Origin: Spirochaetia bacterium
GTDB taxonomy: Bacteria > Spirochaetota > Spirochaetia > SZUA-6 > Bin103
Assembly: GCA_965198005.1 (NCBI GenBank)
Contig: CBDAOI010000004.1
Span: 2,304,001 to 2,368,000, forward strand
Length of the DNA: 64,000 nucleotides
Direction: 5' to 3'
A program made the translations under genes and the position numbers. Below, piece after piece: positions 1 through 12,032 of this stretch (within the stretch, counting starts at the first letter, position 1; every line of letters starts with the position of its first letter). Under the pieces are notes generated by a model that was not told the origin of the DNA, did not search any database, and worked only from the letters and a program-made list of their open reading frames with translations.

Positions 1-628
<628 letters not shown>

Positions 629-679
629 GCGAGGCGCTCCAGGGCGGCGCCGGCTTCGGCCACCAGTCGACCAAAAGGG

Positions 680-885
680 CGCCGGTGGATCTGATTGCCA
701 TCGACCTGGACAGGCTGCCGGACGAAGACGCCGAGATCATGGTCGACCACTTCCACGACCAGGTGCTGGCGCAGGGCAATGCTCGTACTTGGCGGGCTGA
801 CCAATCGCTCCACACAGGTGCGCAAGACCCTGCACGTGGGCTACGCCCCGCACTTCATGATGTCGCACCCGCGCCCGCCTGACGG
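680..885 (+). pseudogene. possible gene remnant (PhyH-like dioxygenase C-terminus)
   Basis: Protein-like segments DLIAIDLDRLPDEDAEIMVDHFHDQV and TNRSTQVRKTLHVGYAPHFM in two frames; no start. Confidence 0.25.
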
Positions 886-1181
886 CCGCGCAACTCGACC
901 TGTTCCGCCCCTACCCCGCTTCGGGTTGAGCGCACCGACGGCGCAGCGGGGCGCCGTCAGCGCCAGCCAAGTGCCGACGCGCTCGTTCAACTCGTCGCCG
1001 TGGTCGCCCCCCCCCACCAGCGCCAGTCGTGGTGCAGCGCGCGGGGCCAGGTTGGCAGCTCCGATGGTGCCGGCGTGACCGCACAGCGTCCTGCGTCACC
1101 CGATCTTGCCACGCCCGAGGAATTGCAGGGCACCAAAGTCATCACCGAAGTCCTTGATGCTACCCCGGACAGTCGGAGGGG

Positions 1182-2317
<1,136 letters not shown>

Positions 2318-2339
2318 CCCGCCCCCTGACCCCCGGACC

Positions 2340-3221
2340 CTAGTGCCCTTTCACGCCGCCGACCGCCACCTGCATCAGCGACTTCTGCGTGAAGATGAAA
2401 AAGATGATCGGGGGAATCATGTAGAAACACGAGACCGCCGTGAGCATTCCGTAGTCGACGAACCGCCAGTCGCCGATGATCTTCTTGACCAGCAGCGACA
2501 GCGTGAAGTTCTGGCCGCTGAATATGTACGTGTAGAGATAGATGAACTCGCTCCACCCCGACAGGAACGCGAAGATCGAGATCGCGGCGATGCCCGGCTT
2601 GATCAACGGGAGTATGACCATCCGCCAAGCCTGCAGTTTGCTGCAGCCGTCGATGTAGGCGGACCACTCGACGTCCCAGTTCACTCCGTCGAAGAACCCC
2701 TTGAGGACCCACGTGGCGAACGGAATCTCGAGCGCGGCCTTGACCAGGATCACGCCCAGCAGCGTATCCAGCAGCTTCAGCGCGTACAGCACGTAGAAGA
2801 TCGCGATCAGCAGCGTCACGCCGGGGAAGGCATGCAGCACCATGGTCATCCGGATCAGACCGTCGCGCGCCCGGAACGAGAACCGGGACAGGGCGAATCC
2901 CGACAGCGTGCTGGTCACCACGATCAGCACCGTAATGCCCAGGGCGAACAGCAGCGTGTTGAGCGCTATCGGCCAGATGCTCGGATATACGATCAGGCCG
3001 AAGGATACCTCGCTCCAGAGAAAGCGCCAGTGATCCAGGGTAAAGTTCTTCGGTATCAGCCCCAGCACCATCTCGCGGCTGAACGAGTTCGCGAACAGCC
3101 AGAAGTACATGATGATGATCGGCAGAGACATCACCAGCAGGATCAGGAAAATGCCGGTCTGGCCCGCCGCCTTCCTGGCGTTGGCGCCGGTCAGCGTGCG
3201 TGCGCGGTGCTCGACGCTCAT
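2340..3221 (-). CDS. carbohydrate ABC transporter permease (MalG-like)
   Basis: Six hydrophobic segments, EAA-like loop EWSAYIDGCSK, ends GGVKG; ATG overlaps the upstream stop. Confidence 0.9.
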   Translation of the reverse strand: MSVEHRARTLTGANARKAAGQTGIFLILLVMSLPIIIMYFWLFANSFSREMVLGLIPKNFTLDHWRFLWSEVSFGLIVYPSIWPIALNTLLFALGITVLIVVTSTLSGFALSRFSFRARDGLIRMTMVLHAFPGVTLLIAIFYVLYALKLLDTLLGVILVKAALEIPFATWVLKGFFDGVNWDVEWSAYIDGCSKLQAWRMVILPLIKPGIAAISIFAFLSGWSEFIYLYTYIFSGQNFTLSLLVKKIIGDWRFVDYGMLTAVSCFYMIPPIIFFIFTQKSLMQVAVGGVKGH

Positions 3222-4156
3222 CCCTTGGTCGGCTCCATCATCTGCTTGAATCCGAACACCTTCAGCAGCAGGAACGAAATGCCGATTCCCACGATCACCA
3301 GCCCCATGCCGATGGCCGCGCCGTAGCCGAACTCGAAGTACCGGAACGCCCGGTGATAGGCGTACAGCGACCAGGTCTCGCTCTTGAAGAACGGCCCGCC
3401 GTCGGTAACCAGGAAGATCATCTCGTAGACCGCGATCAACGACAGCGCCTGCCAGGTGGTGACGAACATGATCGGCCACTTGAGCGCCGGAATCAGCACG
3501 TGATAGGTGATCCGGAAATGATTGGCCCCGTTCACGGTGGCCGCCCAGATGTAGTCCTGGGGAACGGCTCTCAGCGCCGACGAGAAGATGATCACGCCGT
3601 TCGAGGCGCCGGTGAGCGTGGTCAGCCCGATGATGACCACCAGCGGATAATTCAACACCCAGTCCTGCGGCCGCGCATCGAACAACGCCGCGGTATAGGT
3701 GTTCAGCAGCCCCGACTCGGTGGGATCGAGCGTCCACAGCACCAGCAGCGCGAGCACCACCGGCGGCGTGATGCGGGGCAGCAGCCAGATCGCCCGGAAG
3801 AAGACGCCGATGCTGTCGCTGGCGATGAGATAGGTGGTGAGGAGCGCGATGACGAACCCGCCGGCGACGTTGGTGATGAGGGTGCAGGTGACGTAGATCG
3901 CCGTGTTCCCCAGCACCTGCAGCAGGATCTGGTCGCCGAACAGTTTCTCGAACTGGGCGAACCACACGAAGTTCCACTGGAGATCCGCGTCCATGCTGGT
4001 AAAGGAAATGACCGCGGTCAGGACCACCGGCGCAAAGAAGAACGCCGTGACCAGCAACAGAAACAGGCCCAGGAACAGTACGTAGACCCCGATCCGCCGG
4101 GCGCTGGTGCCCGGCTTCGGGCCGCCGTACAGCTCAACCTCCTGGATGGTCGCCAT
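3218..4156 (-). CDS. carbohydrate ABC transporter permease (MalF-like)
   Basis: AATVNGANHF EAA loop, TDGGP, FGYGAAIG. Confidence 0.9.
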   Translation of the reverse strand: MATIQEVELYGGPKPGTSARRIGVYVLFLGLFLLLVTAFFFAPVVLTAVISFTSMDADLQWNFVWFAQFEKLFGDQILLQVLGNTAIYVTCTLITNVAGGFVIALLTTYLIASDSIGVFFRAIWLLPRITPPVVLALLVLWTLDPTESGLLNTYTAALFDARPQDWVLNYPLVVIIGLTTLTGASNGVIIFSSALRAVPQDYIWAATVNGANHFRITYHVLIPALKWPIMFVTTWQALSLIAVYEMIFLVTDGGPFFKSETWSLYAYHRAFRYFEFGYGAAIGMGLVIVGIGISFLLLKVFGFKQMMEPTKG

Positions 4157-4233
4157 ATACAGGAATCAGTCCGCACGCGTGGGGAGGACCGTGACGGCCC
4201 TCCCCACACCGGTCGCAATCATGCTCGGCCGAT

Positions 4234-4515
4234 TCAGTCTATGACGGTGAGTTCATCCCCGAGGTTGGTCGTCATCTGGTCCAACAACCAGTCCAGGGCG
4301 GCGTCCGGGGTCATCCCTTCCACCTCGACTGCCTGGATCGATTGATACACGATGTCCCGATACTTTCCCCAGGAAGGATGATTCGGTAGTGTGTTGGTGT
4401 ACGCCAGCATCGCGGTCATCTCGGCGATGAACTTGTTGTCCCGGTACATGGGGACGTCGGCAACGCCTTTCCTGACTCCGAGATGGCCGGTCAGCACCGC
4501 GTGCTCGGCGACCGG
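4234..4515 (-). pseudogene. C-terminal remnant of the sugar-binding protein of this ABC operon
   Basis: PNHPSWGKYRDIVYQSIQAVE...TPDAALD is a typical extracellular SBP C-terminus; upstream it runs into a GTCG-rich low-complexity junction (4540-4620). Confidence 0.7.
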
Positions 4516-4834
4516 TTCCGGCGCCGGTTGTAGCAACCGGCGCCGGTCGCGCCGGTCGAGCGGTCGAGCGCGTCGAGCGCCGGTCGTGTCGGTCGTGTCG
4601 TCGGTCGTCCTCGTCGTCAGGTGGTCATCATGGGCGCACCCCCGGCCGGCATCCAGGAGCATCCGTGTCTTGGCCGTTGCGCCAAGCGAGCGTTCGCCGT
4701 ATGGTGGTGAGGCCATGCGCTTCGTCGACCGAAGAAACCATGGGCGCGCCTCACTGTCGCCTGCGTCACCGCGGGGCGGCCGCCGCCGTCCTCTCCATTC
4801 GGCGCTATCGGGTGCGCGACCGGGAACGAGTCAC

Positions 4835-5515
4835 GTGAACCGGCGACTGCTTGCCACTCTGATCGGGCTGGTTGCCCTGGCGACCGCGATCGCGGCGCAG
4901 TCGCCGGTGGTCGAGCCGCGCACCGGCGCCGCGTTCCCGGCGTCGCTCACCCCGCCCGGAGGCGAAACCCCGCACTGGCTTACCGGCGTGGGAGTTCGCG
5001 ACAAGACGTTTCTGCGGATCAGGGTGTACGCGTTCGGGTTGTACGTCGACCGAGCGGGCGCGCGGGCGGCATTGCAGAGGTTCGCGGGGGTGGCGGCGGC
5101 GCAATTGGCGGAGGATGAGGGATTCTACCGCCAGCTTCTCACGATGCCGTTCGGCATGACGCTACGGCTGGTAATGACGCTCAACGTCGCCGGCGACGAT
5201 GCGGCGGACGCGTTCGATGCCTCGTTGCGGCCGCGCATGGCGCGCGCCGGCGGCGATTCGGGCGACCCGGACGCCCTGGAACGGTTCCGTGGTTATATCG
5301 CGCAGCAACCACTCGACACCGGCACCGAGCTGGTGTTCTCGTGCAGCCCGGACGGACGCATGACCAGCTCGATCGCGGGAACGGAACGCGCGCCGATCCA
5401 ATCGCCGGCCCTGTGCCGCTCGTTGTTCGACGTCTACCTGGGGCGCGACCCGATCTCTCCGGCGGGCAGGAAAACGGTGATTGAGCGATTCGGGGAGTTG
5501 CTCGCGGACGGGTAA
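4835..5515 (+). CDS. chalcone isomerase-like family secreted protein
   Basis: Signal peptide, VVEPRTGAAFP, LTGVGVRDK, VYAFGLYVD, LFDVYLGRDPISP. Confidence 0.8.
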   Translation: MNRRLLATLIGLVALATAIAAQSPVVEPRTGAAFPASLTPPGGETPHWLTGVGVRDKTFLRIRVYAFGLYVDRAGARAALQRFAGVAAAQLAEDEGFYRQLLTMPFGMTLRLVMTLNVAGDDAADAFDASLRPRMARAGGDSGDPDALERFRGYIAQQPLDTGTELVFSCSPDGRMTSSIAGTERAPIQSPALCRSLFDVYLGRDPISPAGRKTVIERFGELLADG

Positions 5516-5541
5516 CGCAACCCGCGGCGGACGCCGCTCCC

Positions 5542-7182
5542 TCACATGCCCCAAATGGTGATCGACGCGTCCGTTGCGGGCGGTGCCGTTCGCGGCGGGG
5601 CAGCGCGGCGGAAAATCTTCTCGTCCCAGGTCCGCTCCGGCGCGCGGTCGAACACGATCAGGTGGCCGGCCTCCGCGCCGCAACGATCCGCGTAGCCGCG
5701 GGTCTGTGCCACCCCCTCGGCGATAGTGCGCTCCAGTTCCCCGCGCCGTATCTTGCACTCCACCACGAAGCGGCGCTCGCGCCCACGCTGCGGCCACACG
5801 ATCAGCAGGTCCACCCGCCCGCGTCCGAGCGCGTACTCGCGCTCGATCCGCCCGCCGCCGTTGACGATGCGCTGCAGGTGCGCCTGCAGCAGCAACTGTG
5901 GGCCGGCCTCGTGGTACTGCTCGAAGCGCTGCACCCAGTGCTCCGAATGCTCGCGGAAGAACTCCTGGAACGCCGCGATCAACCCCTCCACGTCCAGCCC
6001 GCCGCCGGCGTCCACGTACCACGCCACTTGCTGCGGCAGTCCCGCCTGAACCGCGTAGTTCAGATGCCGCGGCACCACCTCGGCGTAGATCGGGTTGGCG
6101 ATGCGCGGCGTGCCGTCTGCCTCCTGCCCCACCAGCCCCAGGTCGCAGACGTAGGCGACGTCCTCGGCCGTCCACGCCTGCTCGTCGGCACCGGTCAGAA
6201 TCGGCTCCACTACGCGCCGCACACGCTCTTCGCGCAGCTTGTCGGCCAGGTTGTCGAGGTGAGTCACCCGGTCCAGGATCAGCCGCTCCTGCGCCTCCCG
6301 GATGGCGTCCGCCGTGATCGGGCGGGAGCGGTCGCGGCCCGCCTGGTCGTCGAAGCACGCCTCCCGGCACAACGCGTTCACCAGCCACGGCTGGCCGGCG
6401 GTGCGGGTGCGGATCAGCGCCAGCGCATCTTCCGTGAACGCCTGACCGGTCGCCGCCGTGTGCTGCGCCAGCAGCGCGCCTATCTCGTGCTCCGAGAAGT
6501 CGCCCAGCCGCAACGACTTGGCCTTGATATTGACGGCGCTGCCGCCGAGCACCATGCGGTTCTCGGCGGTCGAGTGGATGCGGTAGTCGCGCACGTCGCG
6601 CACACCGCACAGGATGACGCTTTGCGGAAAGCGTGCCGGCCGGTCGACGTAGCCGGTGCGCAACTGCCGCAGCACCGCCAGCAGGGTGTCGCCCACCAGC
6701 GCGTCGATCTCATCGATCAGCAGCACCAGCGGGCGCGGGTCGGCCATGCTCCATTGCGCCAGTGCCTGGCGCAATGCCTTGCCCGGCCCTACGCGCTCCA
6801 GCAGGCCGGGCCAGAGGTCCTCCAGGGTGTCATCGCCCAGCGTCAGGCTCGCCTGGAACGCCAGTTCGGCAAGCACGGTGCGCATGCCCTCGGCCACGTT
6901 CTCACGCATCGCCTGGCCATCCTCGACGTTGGCGTACACGCAGCGAAAGCCGCCCGTCGTGCCGCCGTTGAGCAGGTCGCGCAAGGCCAGCAGCGCCGAC
7001 GTCTTGCCGGTCTGCCGCGGCGCGTGCAGCACGAAGTACTTCTTGTCCCGGACCAGGCCGAGCACCGCGTCGAGGTCGATCCGCTCCAGCGGCGAAACGT
7101 GGTAATGGTCCGCCGCCACGACCGGCCCCTCGGTGTTGAACTTGCGCACGGCGGCCTTCGTCCTCGGAGCGTATTGTCGCAT
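5542..7182 (-). CDS. AAA-like ATPase with C-terminal PD-(D/E)XK-type nuclease domain
   Basis: FNTEGP start motif, Walker A APRQTGKTS, Walker B LLIDEID, GRGRVDLLI...VVECK...QTRGY. Confidence 0.85.
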   Translation of the reverse strand: MRQYAPRTKAAVRKFNTEGPVVAADHYHVSPLERIDLDAVLGLVRDKKYFVLHAPRQTGKTSALLALRDLLNGGTTGGFRCVYANVEDGQAMRENVAEGMRTVLAELAFQASLTLGDDTLEDLWPGLLERVGPGKALRQALAQWSMADPRPLVLLIDEIDALVGDTLLAVLRQLRTGYVDRPARFPQSVILCGVRDVRDYRIHSTAENRMVLGGSAVNIKAKSLRLGDFSEHEIGALLAQHTAATGQAFTEDALALIRTRTAGQPWLVNALCREACFDDQAGRDRSRPITADAIREAQERLILDRVTHLDNLADKLREERVRRVVEPILTGADEQAWTAEDVAYVCDLGLVGQEADGTPRIANPIYAEVVPRHLNYAVQAGLPQQVAWYVDAGGGLDVEGLIAAFQEFFREHSEHWVQRFEQYHEAGPQLLLQAHLQRIVNGGGRIEREYALGRGRVDLLIVWPQRGRERRFVVECKIRRGELERTIAEGVAQTRGYADRCGAEAGHLIVFDRAPERTWDEKIFRRAAPPRTAPPATDASITIWGM

Positions 7183-7198
7183 GCGCGCGGCGCGCCTG

Positions 7199-8230
7199 TC
7201 AGCCGCCGGTTCCGCCGGTTCCGCCGGTTCTCGAGATTGATACGCCGTCGTTGCTGCTCACCGGGGCGGCGCCGATGACGGCGACGGCGTGGATGGGGAG
7301 CCAGGCGCGGCGGCCGTCGGCCAGGGCGGCGTGGTGCCAGCCGTTGCGTTGCTGCAGCAGGCGCAGCTCGGTGCCGGCGTGCAGGGGGGCGGCGAAGCTG
7401 GGGTCGTAGGCGTCGCTGTCGCCGCGGCGTGCGACTACCTGGTCGGCGACGATGACGGCCGCGGTGGGGTGCGCGACTGCGGATTCGACCGCGACCGAGG
7501 CGCCGGCAGCAAGCGCGATCAGGGCTGCCACGGCCACTGCGGTGGTGACGACGGCGCGGGCCGGCAGCGGGCGGCGGCGCAGGGTGCGGATCAGGCCGGC
7601 CAGCCAGAGCAGGTTAAGGGCGATCAGGAACAGCGGCAGGCGAATGCGCAGCGGCACGGTGAAGTGCCAGAACAGGAGTAGCCGGACCACGGTCTGGCCG
7701 GCGGTGGCCTCGATGCGGTCGGCGCGCAGCGAGCGGGCGTAGCGCAGGCTCTGCGCGAGGTTGGGGTCGCCGGGGATGAGCTGCTGCGCCGTGCGGTAGT
7801 GCAGGATGGCGCGCCCGAGGTCGCCGAGGCGCAGGTAGGTGTTGCCGATGTTGTACAGCAGGTAGCCGTTGTCGTGTCCCAGCGCCTGCGCCGCGCGCCG
7901 GTAGCGCAGCAGGGCGGCGCGGAACTGCTCGGCGGCGGCCGCGGAGGCCTCCGTCCGGACGCTGCCGGCCGTGCCCCCGGCGCCGTTCGTCTGGCCCGCC
8001 AGCCGGTTGCCGGCGGCGAAGTGGGCGGCCGCTGCTTCGAGCAGGGTGGCGGGATCGGCGGCCTGCGCCGGGAGCACGCCGGCCTGCCCGAGGGCGAGCA
8101 GGAGCAGCGCCGGGCCGCGCAGCAGCGCCCTGAAGCGCGCCGTGGGCCGGCGCATCGCGACGCGGCACGGGGCGACTGCTCCACGGCGCTCGCCCGGGGT
8201 CGCCATGGCGCGCGCGGCCGGACGGGTCAC
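7199..8230 (-). CDS. BatE-like TPR/SH3 membrane protein
   Basis: LLYNIGNTYLRLGDLGRAILHYR TPR, TM helices, LHAGTELRLLQQRNGW SH3-like end; last gene of the bat operon; start uncertain (8230 or 8206). Confidence 0.8.
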   Translation of the reverse strand: MTRPAARAMATPGERRGAVAPCRVAMRRPTARFRALLRGPALLLLALGQAGVLPAQAADPATLLEAAAAHFAAGNRLAGQTNGAGGTAGSVRTEASAAAAEQFRAALLRYRRAAQALGHDNGYLLYNIGNTYLRLGDLGRAILHYRTAQQLIPGDPNLAQSLRYARSLRADRIEATAGQTVVRLLLFWHFTVPLRIRLPLFLIALNLLWLAGLIRTLRRRPLPARAVVTTAVAVAALIALAAGASVAVESAVAHPTAAVIVADQVVARRGDSDAYDPSFAAPLHAGTELRLLQQRNGWHHAALADGRRAWLPIHAVAVIGAAPVSSNDGVSISRTGGTGGTGG

Positions 8231-10164
8231 CGCAACCCCTCCTCGATGCGCGCCGCCCATGCGGTGAGGCGGTGCGCGAGGTCGGTGGCGGCGGCCGCCC
8301 GGCCGCCGTAGCGGGTCGCCTCCAGCTCGCCGAACAGGGCGGCGAGCGCCTCCAGGTCGGGCTCGCCCACCCCTGCGGCCTGCAACGGCCCGCGCACGTC
8401 GCCGTACCCGTGCGGCGGCGCCGGGAGCTGGAAGCGGTCCTGCAGGTAGATGCGCAGTGCAGCCAGCAGCGCCGGCGAGTCGGCCGCCGCCCCGTCCGCG
8501 CTGCCGGCGACCCGCCGCAGGCTGGCCAGGGCATACCGCCGCCGCCGCGACCCGCGCCGGCGGTATGCGTGCAGGCCGCGCGCCGCGTGCACGGCGCCGA
8601 TCAGGAGCGGACCGGCCAACAGCGCTGCCAGCCCGCGCGGCGACCGCCACCACGCCGGGTCGACCCGATGGTTGGCCAGCAGCATCGGCCCGTGGTAGTT
8701 GTGGGCGATGCCCGCGCGCGCGCCGACCACGGGCGCGCCGCCGCCGGCGCCGTCGGGATCGGCGCCCTCGACGTCCTGCAGGGTGACCTGCCGCGTCGCC
8801 TGCACGGCGAGCTGGATCGAGCCGCTGGCGACTTCCCGGTAGGCGCCGGCCGCGCTGTCGAACACGCTGATACGGACCGGCGGAACGGCGCTCACCTGGT
8901 CGTGCAGGGCGCGCAGCGTGTACCGGAACACCGCCCTGCCGAACACCGCGCGCGGCGCGACGTGGGCGCTCACCCGGAACGCCTCGAACCCCGGCATGGC
9001 CGCCAAGTCGGGTGCCGCCAGACGGCGCAGGTCGCCGGTACCGGTCACGGTCACCTCCAGCTCCAGCGGGTCGCCCACCTTGACCTCGGCGGGCGCGGCC
9101 GCAGCCCTGACCTGGAACCGCCCCACCAGGCCGCTGAACTGGTCCGGGCGGCCGGCAGCCGGCAGCGGCTTGACCTCCAGGGTCAACTCGTTCGAGGGAA
9201 TCACCAACTGGCGGAGCACGGCGCGCCCGCGACGGTAGCCCGCCACGCCCTCGAACGCAACCGTGGCGGCGGGAATGCGCAGGGCGCCGCCGCGGTCCGC
9301 GACCAGCACGCCCTGGAACGTGAGACCGACGAAAGGATGACCGTCCACCCGCGCCGCGTCCCGGCGCGCCACCACCTCCGCGCCCGCCACCTCCAGCGTA
9401 AGCAAGTCGTCGGCGGAGCCGCGCGGCCGCCGCAGCTCGTGCGTGACGCCGTCGCCGCCGGACGCGAATATCGGGTGGCTGAACCAGTTCAAACGCCGCG
9501 GACCCAGCTCCTCCGCCCACAGCCAACTGGTGGTGAGCAGCACCGGCTCACCCACCCAGACCGCGCTCCGCTCCAGCGCGAGCTGCAGGCGGTAGCCCGG
9601 CACCTCCTCCGGTTCGCGCACCTCCACGGTCACCGCCGGAGTGGTGCGCGCCGCGCCGTCCACCTGCAGGTTCAGCGGCGGAATCGTGAGCAGCCCGGAC
9701 GCGGTCGCGGTGAGGCGGTAGCGCAGCACGTAGCCGCGGCGCACCGTGCGCGTGGTCCGGTTGTTGACCGTCACGATCGATTCGCTGTTGTTGGGTCCGG
9801 CCGACACCAGCGCCGCCTCGAAGCTGCCCAGCGGCCCGCTCTCGGGAGCGGCGACCTGATCGGTCCCGCCCACGTCCACCCGGTAGATGAACGGCTGCCC
9901 CAGGTACACCTCGCGGCTGGTGCGCACGTTCACCGTCGGCTCCTGGGCGCCGGCGGTCGCCGCGCCGAGCATCACCAGCAGGTGCAGCGCGAGCAGCCGA
10001 CGACCCCGAGCGCGCCCGCGCGGGGTCGCCGCCGCCTGACCATCGACGGCGTGGAGCTGCCGCTGCTCGTGTGCCGCCTGCGCGCGCCCGCGTGGGGTCG
10101 CCGCAGCAGCACGCGACAACCTCTGCTGCCCAGGAGAGAGCGCGGGCCGGGCCGCCAGCCGCAT
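8227..10164 (-). CDS. batD: BatD family protein
   Basis: Ig-like repeats, SNELTLEVKPLP...FSGLVGRF...VKVGDPL, GIAHNY; operon position. Confidence 0.8.
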   Translation of the reverse strand: MRLAARPALSPGQQRLSRAAAATPRGRAQAAHEQRQLHAVDGQAAATPRGRARGRRLLALHLLVMLGAATAGAQEPTVNVRTSREVYLGQPFIYRVDVGGTDQVAAPESGPLGSFEAALVSAGPNNSESIVTVNNRTTRTVRRGYVLRYRLTATASGLLTIPPLNLQVDGAARTTPAVTVEVREPEEVPGYRLQLALERSAVWVGEPVLLTTSWLWAEELGPRRLNWFSHPIFASGGDGVTHELRRPRGSADDLLTLEVAGAEVVARRDAARVDGHPFVGLTFQGVLVADRGGALRIPAATVAFEGVAGYRRGRAVLRQLVIPSNELTLEVKPLPAAGRPDQFSGLVGRFQVRAAAAPAEVKVGDPLELEVTVTGTGDLRRLAAPDLAAMPGFEAFRVSAHVAPRAVFGRAVFRYTLRALHDQVSAVPPVRISVFDSAAGAYREVASGSIQLAVQATRQVTLQDVEGADPDGAGGGAPVVGARAGIAHNYHGPMLLANHRVDPAWWRSPRGLAALLAGPLLIGAVHAARGLHAYRRRGSRRRRYALASLRRVAGSADGAAADSPALLAALRIYLQDRFQLPAPPHGYGDVRGPLQAAGVGEPDLEALAALFGELEATRYGGRAAAATDLAHRLTAWAARIEEGLR

Positions 10165-12032
10165 CACCAGTCCCGCGCCACCGGCTCCAGCCGGCTCTGG
10201 CGCTGCTGCCGCTCGGCGTTCTCCCGCTCGGCGGCCAGGATGGCGCGCGCGGTGGCGTCGGGGTCGCCCTCGGTGGGCGGCGGCGGTTGCGGCCCGGCGG
10301 ACGGCTGCTGCTGCGCGCCGCCCGGGGGCGGGCTCCCCTGCCCGGCCTGCGGGTCCTGCCGGTCCTGCCGCTGGTCCTCGTCCTCCGGCTGGCGGTCCGG
10401 CGGCGCCTGCTCCTGCCGGTCCTGGTCCTGGTCCGGTTGCTGCTGCTGCTGTTCTTGTTGCTGTTGCTCGGGAGGCGGTTGCTGCTGCAGCAGCTCCTGC
10501 AACAGCATGCGCGCCACTTCCAGGTTGTGCGCGGCCTCGCGGCTGGCGGGGTCGAGCTCCAGCGCCCGCTGGTAGCCGGCGATGGCGGCGGTCAGCAGTT
10601 GGATCGCCGCCGCCAAGTCGCCCTCGCCCTGCAGCGCCTGCTGCGCATTGCGCACCAGCAGGTTGCCGAGCGCGAAGTGGCCGGCCGCGGCCAGTTCCGG
10701 CCGCGCCGCCGCGCCGATCGCCTGCTCCAGGCTGGCGCGCGCGGTGGCGTAGTCGCCGGCACGGTAGGCGGCGATGCCGGTGTCGTACAGCAGCTCGGCC
10801 ACCTCCGGCCGCCGCGCCGCGGCCGCCGCGTAGGCCGCCGCCGCCGCGGCGTAGTCGCCGGCGCGGTACGCCTGCGATCCCGAACGCGCGGCCAGCTCCG
10901 GGCTGCCGCCCGCCGCCAGCCCGCCGTCGGCGGCGCCGAGCCACCACCCGGCCGCCAGCACCAGCGCGGCGATGGCCGCCGGCCGCGCACGCCGCTGCCG
11001 GTCCGGGTTCGATGCGCGGCGCCGCCGCCGCGGCACCAGCAGCTCCGGCACTACCAGCGCCAGCGCCAGCAGGATCAGGGCGATCACCAGGAACGGTTGA
11101 AACCGCTCCTGCACCAGCTCCACCGAGTCGGTCTCCAGCACGCGGCGCTCGGCGGCGGCGATCAGCTCCAGGTACAGGCGCCCGAGATCGACGTTGCCGG
11201 TGGCGACGTTGACGTAGCGGCCGCCCGGCGTGGCCGCGGCGACGGCGCGCAGCAGGTCGGCGTCCAGCTTGCTGAGCACGACCTCCCCCTCATGTTCCAC
11301 GAAGGCCGCAGCGGCGGACGCGGTCGCCGCCGGCGCCGGGATCGGCTGCCCCACGTCCGGGTCGCCCAGGCCGACCGCGAGCAGGCGAATGCCGCGCTGC
11401 CCCAGCTCTTCCGCCGCCTGCACCGGGAAGCTGTCGTGGTCGCCGCCGTCGGTGATCAGCAGCAGGTCCTTGAACTGGCCGACCTGGCCGTCGAACACCT
11501 GGTCGCGCACCACCCGCAGGGCATCGCCGAGCAGCGACCCGCCGCGCCCGACCGAGGTCACCGACAACCGTTCCACCGTCTGCCGGAAGAACCCGTAGTC
11601 GAAGGTGAGCGGACTCAACACCACCGCGGTCCCGGCGAACGCGACCAGCGCGACGCGGTCGCCGTGCAGCAGGTCGACGGTGTCCAGGATCGCCAGCCTC
11701 GCGCGCTCCAGCCGGTCCGGGGCCAAGTCCCGCGCCAGCATGCTGCGCGACACGTCGACCACGAACACCAGGTCGCGGCCGCGCCGTTCCACCGTGGTGG
11801 GCTCCCGCTCCCATCCCGGCCGCGCCACCGCGAACGTGGCTGCCGCCAGCCCGAGCAGGGTGCAGGCGGCGATCAGCGGCCGCGTGTTGAGCTGCCCCTC
11901 GGGCGGCCGAGCCGCCGGTTGAAACGCCTGCACGGCGCGCCGGCGGGCGCGCGCGGCGTACAGGTAGACCCCCACGAACGGGATCAGCAGCCACAGCAGG
12001 AGCAACGCCTCGGGGTGGACGAAACGGATCAT
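10164..12032 (-). CDS. batB: VWA + TPR protein (BatB-BatC fusion) with Gln-rich tail
   Basis: MIDAS DVSRSM, LVAFAG, LITDGGD, TPR repeats, poly-Q linker, ends ARDW. Confidence 0.85.
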   Translation of the reverse strand: MIRFVHPEALLLLWLLIPFVGVYLYAARARRRAVQAFQPAARPPEGQLNTRPLIAACTLLGLAAATFAVARPGWEREPTTVERRGRDLVFVVDVSRSMLARDLAPDRLERARLAILDTVDLLHGDRVALVAFAGTAVVLSPLTFDYGFFRQTVERLSVTSVGRGGSLLGDALRVVRDQVFDGQVGQFKDLLLITDGGDHDSFPVQAAEELGQRGIRLLAVGLGDPDVGQPIPAPAATASAAAAFVEHEGEVVLSKLDADLLRAVAAATPGGRYVNVATGNVDLGRLYLELIAAAERRVLETDSVELVQERFQPFLVIALILLALALVVPELLVPRRRRRASNPDRQRRARPAAIAALVLAAGWWLGAADGGLAAGGSPELAARSGSQAYRAGDYAAAAAAYAAAAARRPEVAELLYDTGIAAYRAGDYATARASLEQAIGAAARPELAAAGHFALGNLLVRNAQQALQGEGDLAAAIQLLTAAIAGYQRALELDPASREAAHNLEVARMLLQELLQQQPPPEQQQQEQQQQQPDQDQDRQEQAPPDRQPEDEDQRQDRQDPQAGQGSPPPGGAQQQPSAGPQPPPPTEGDPDATARAILAAERENAERQQRQSRLEPVARDW

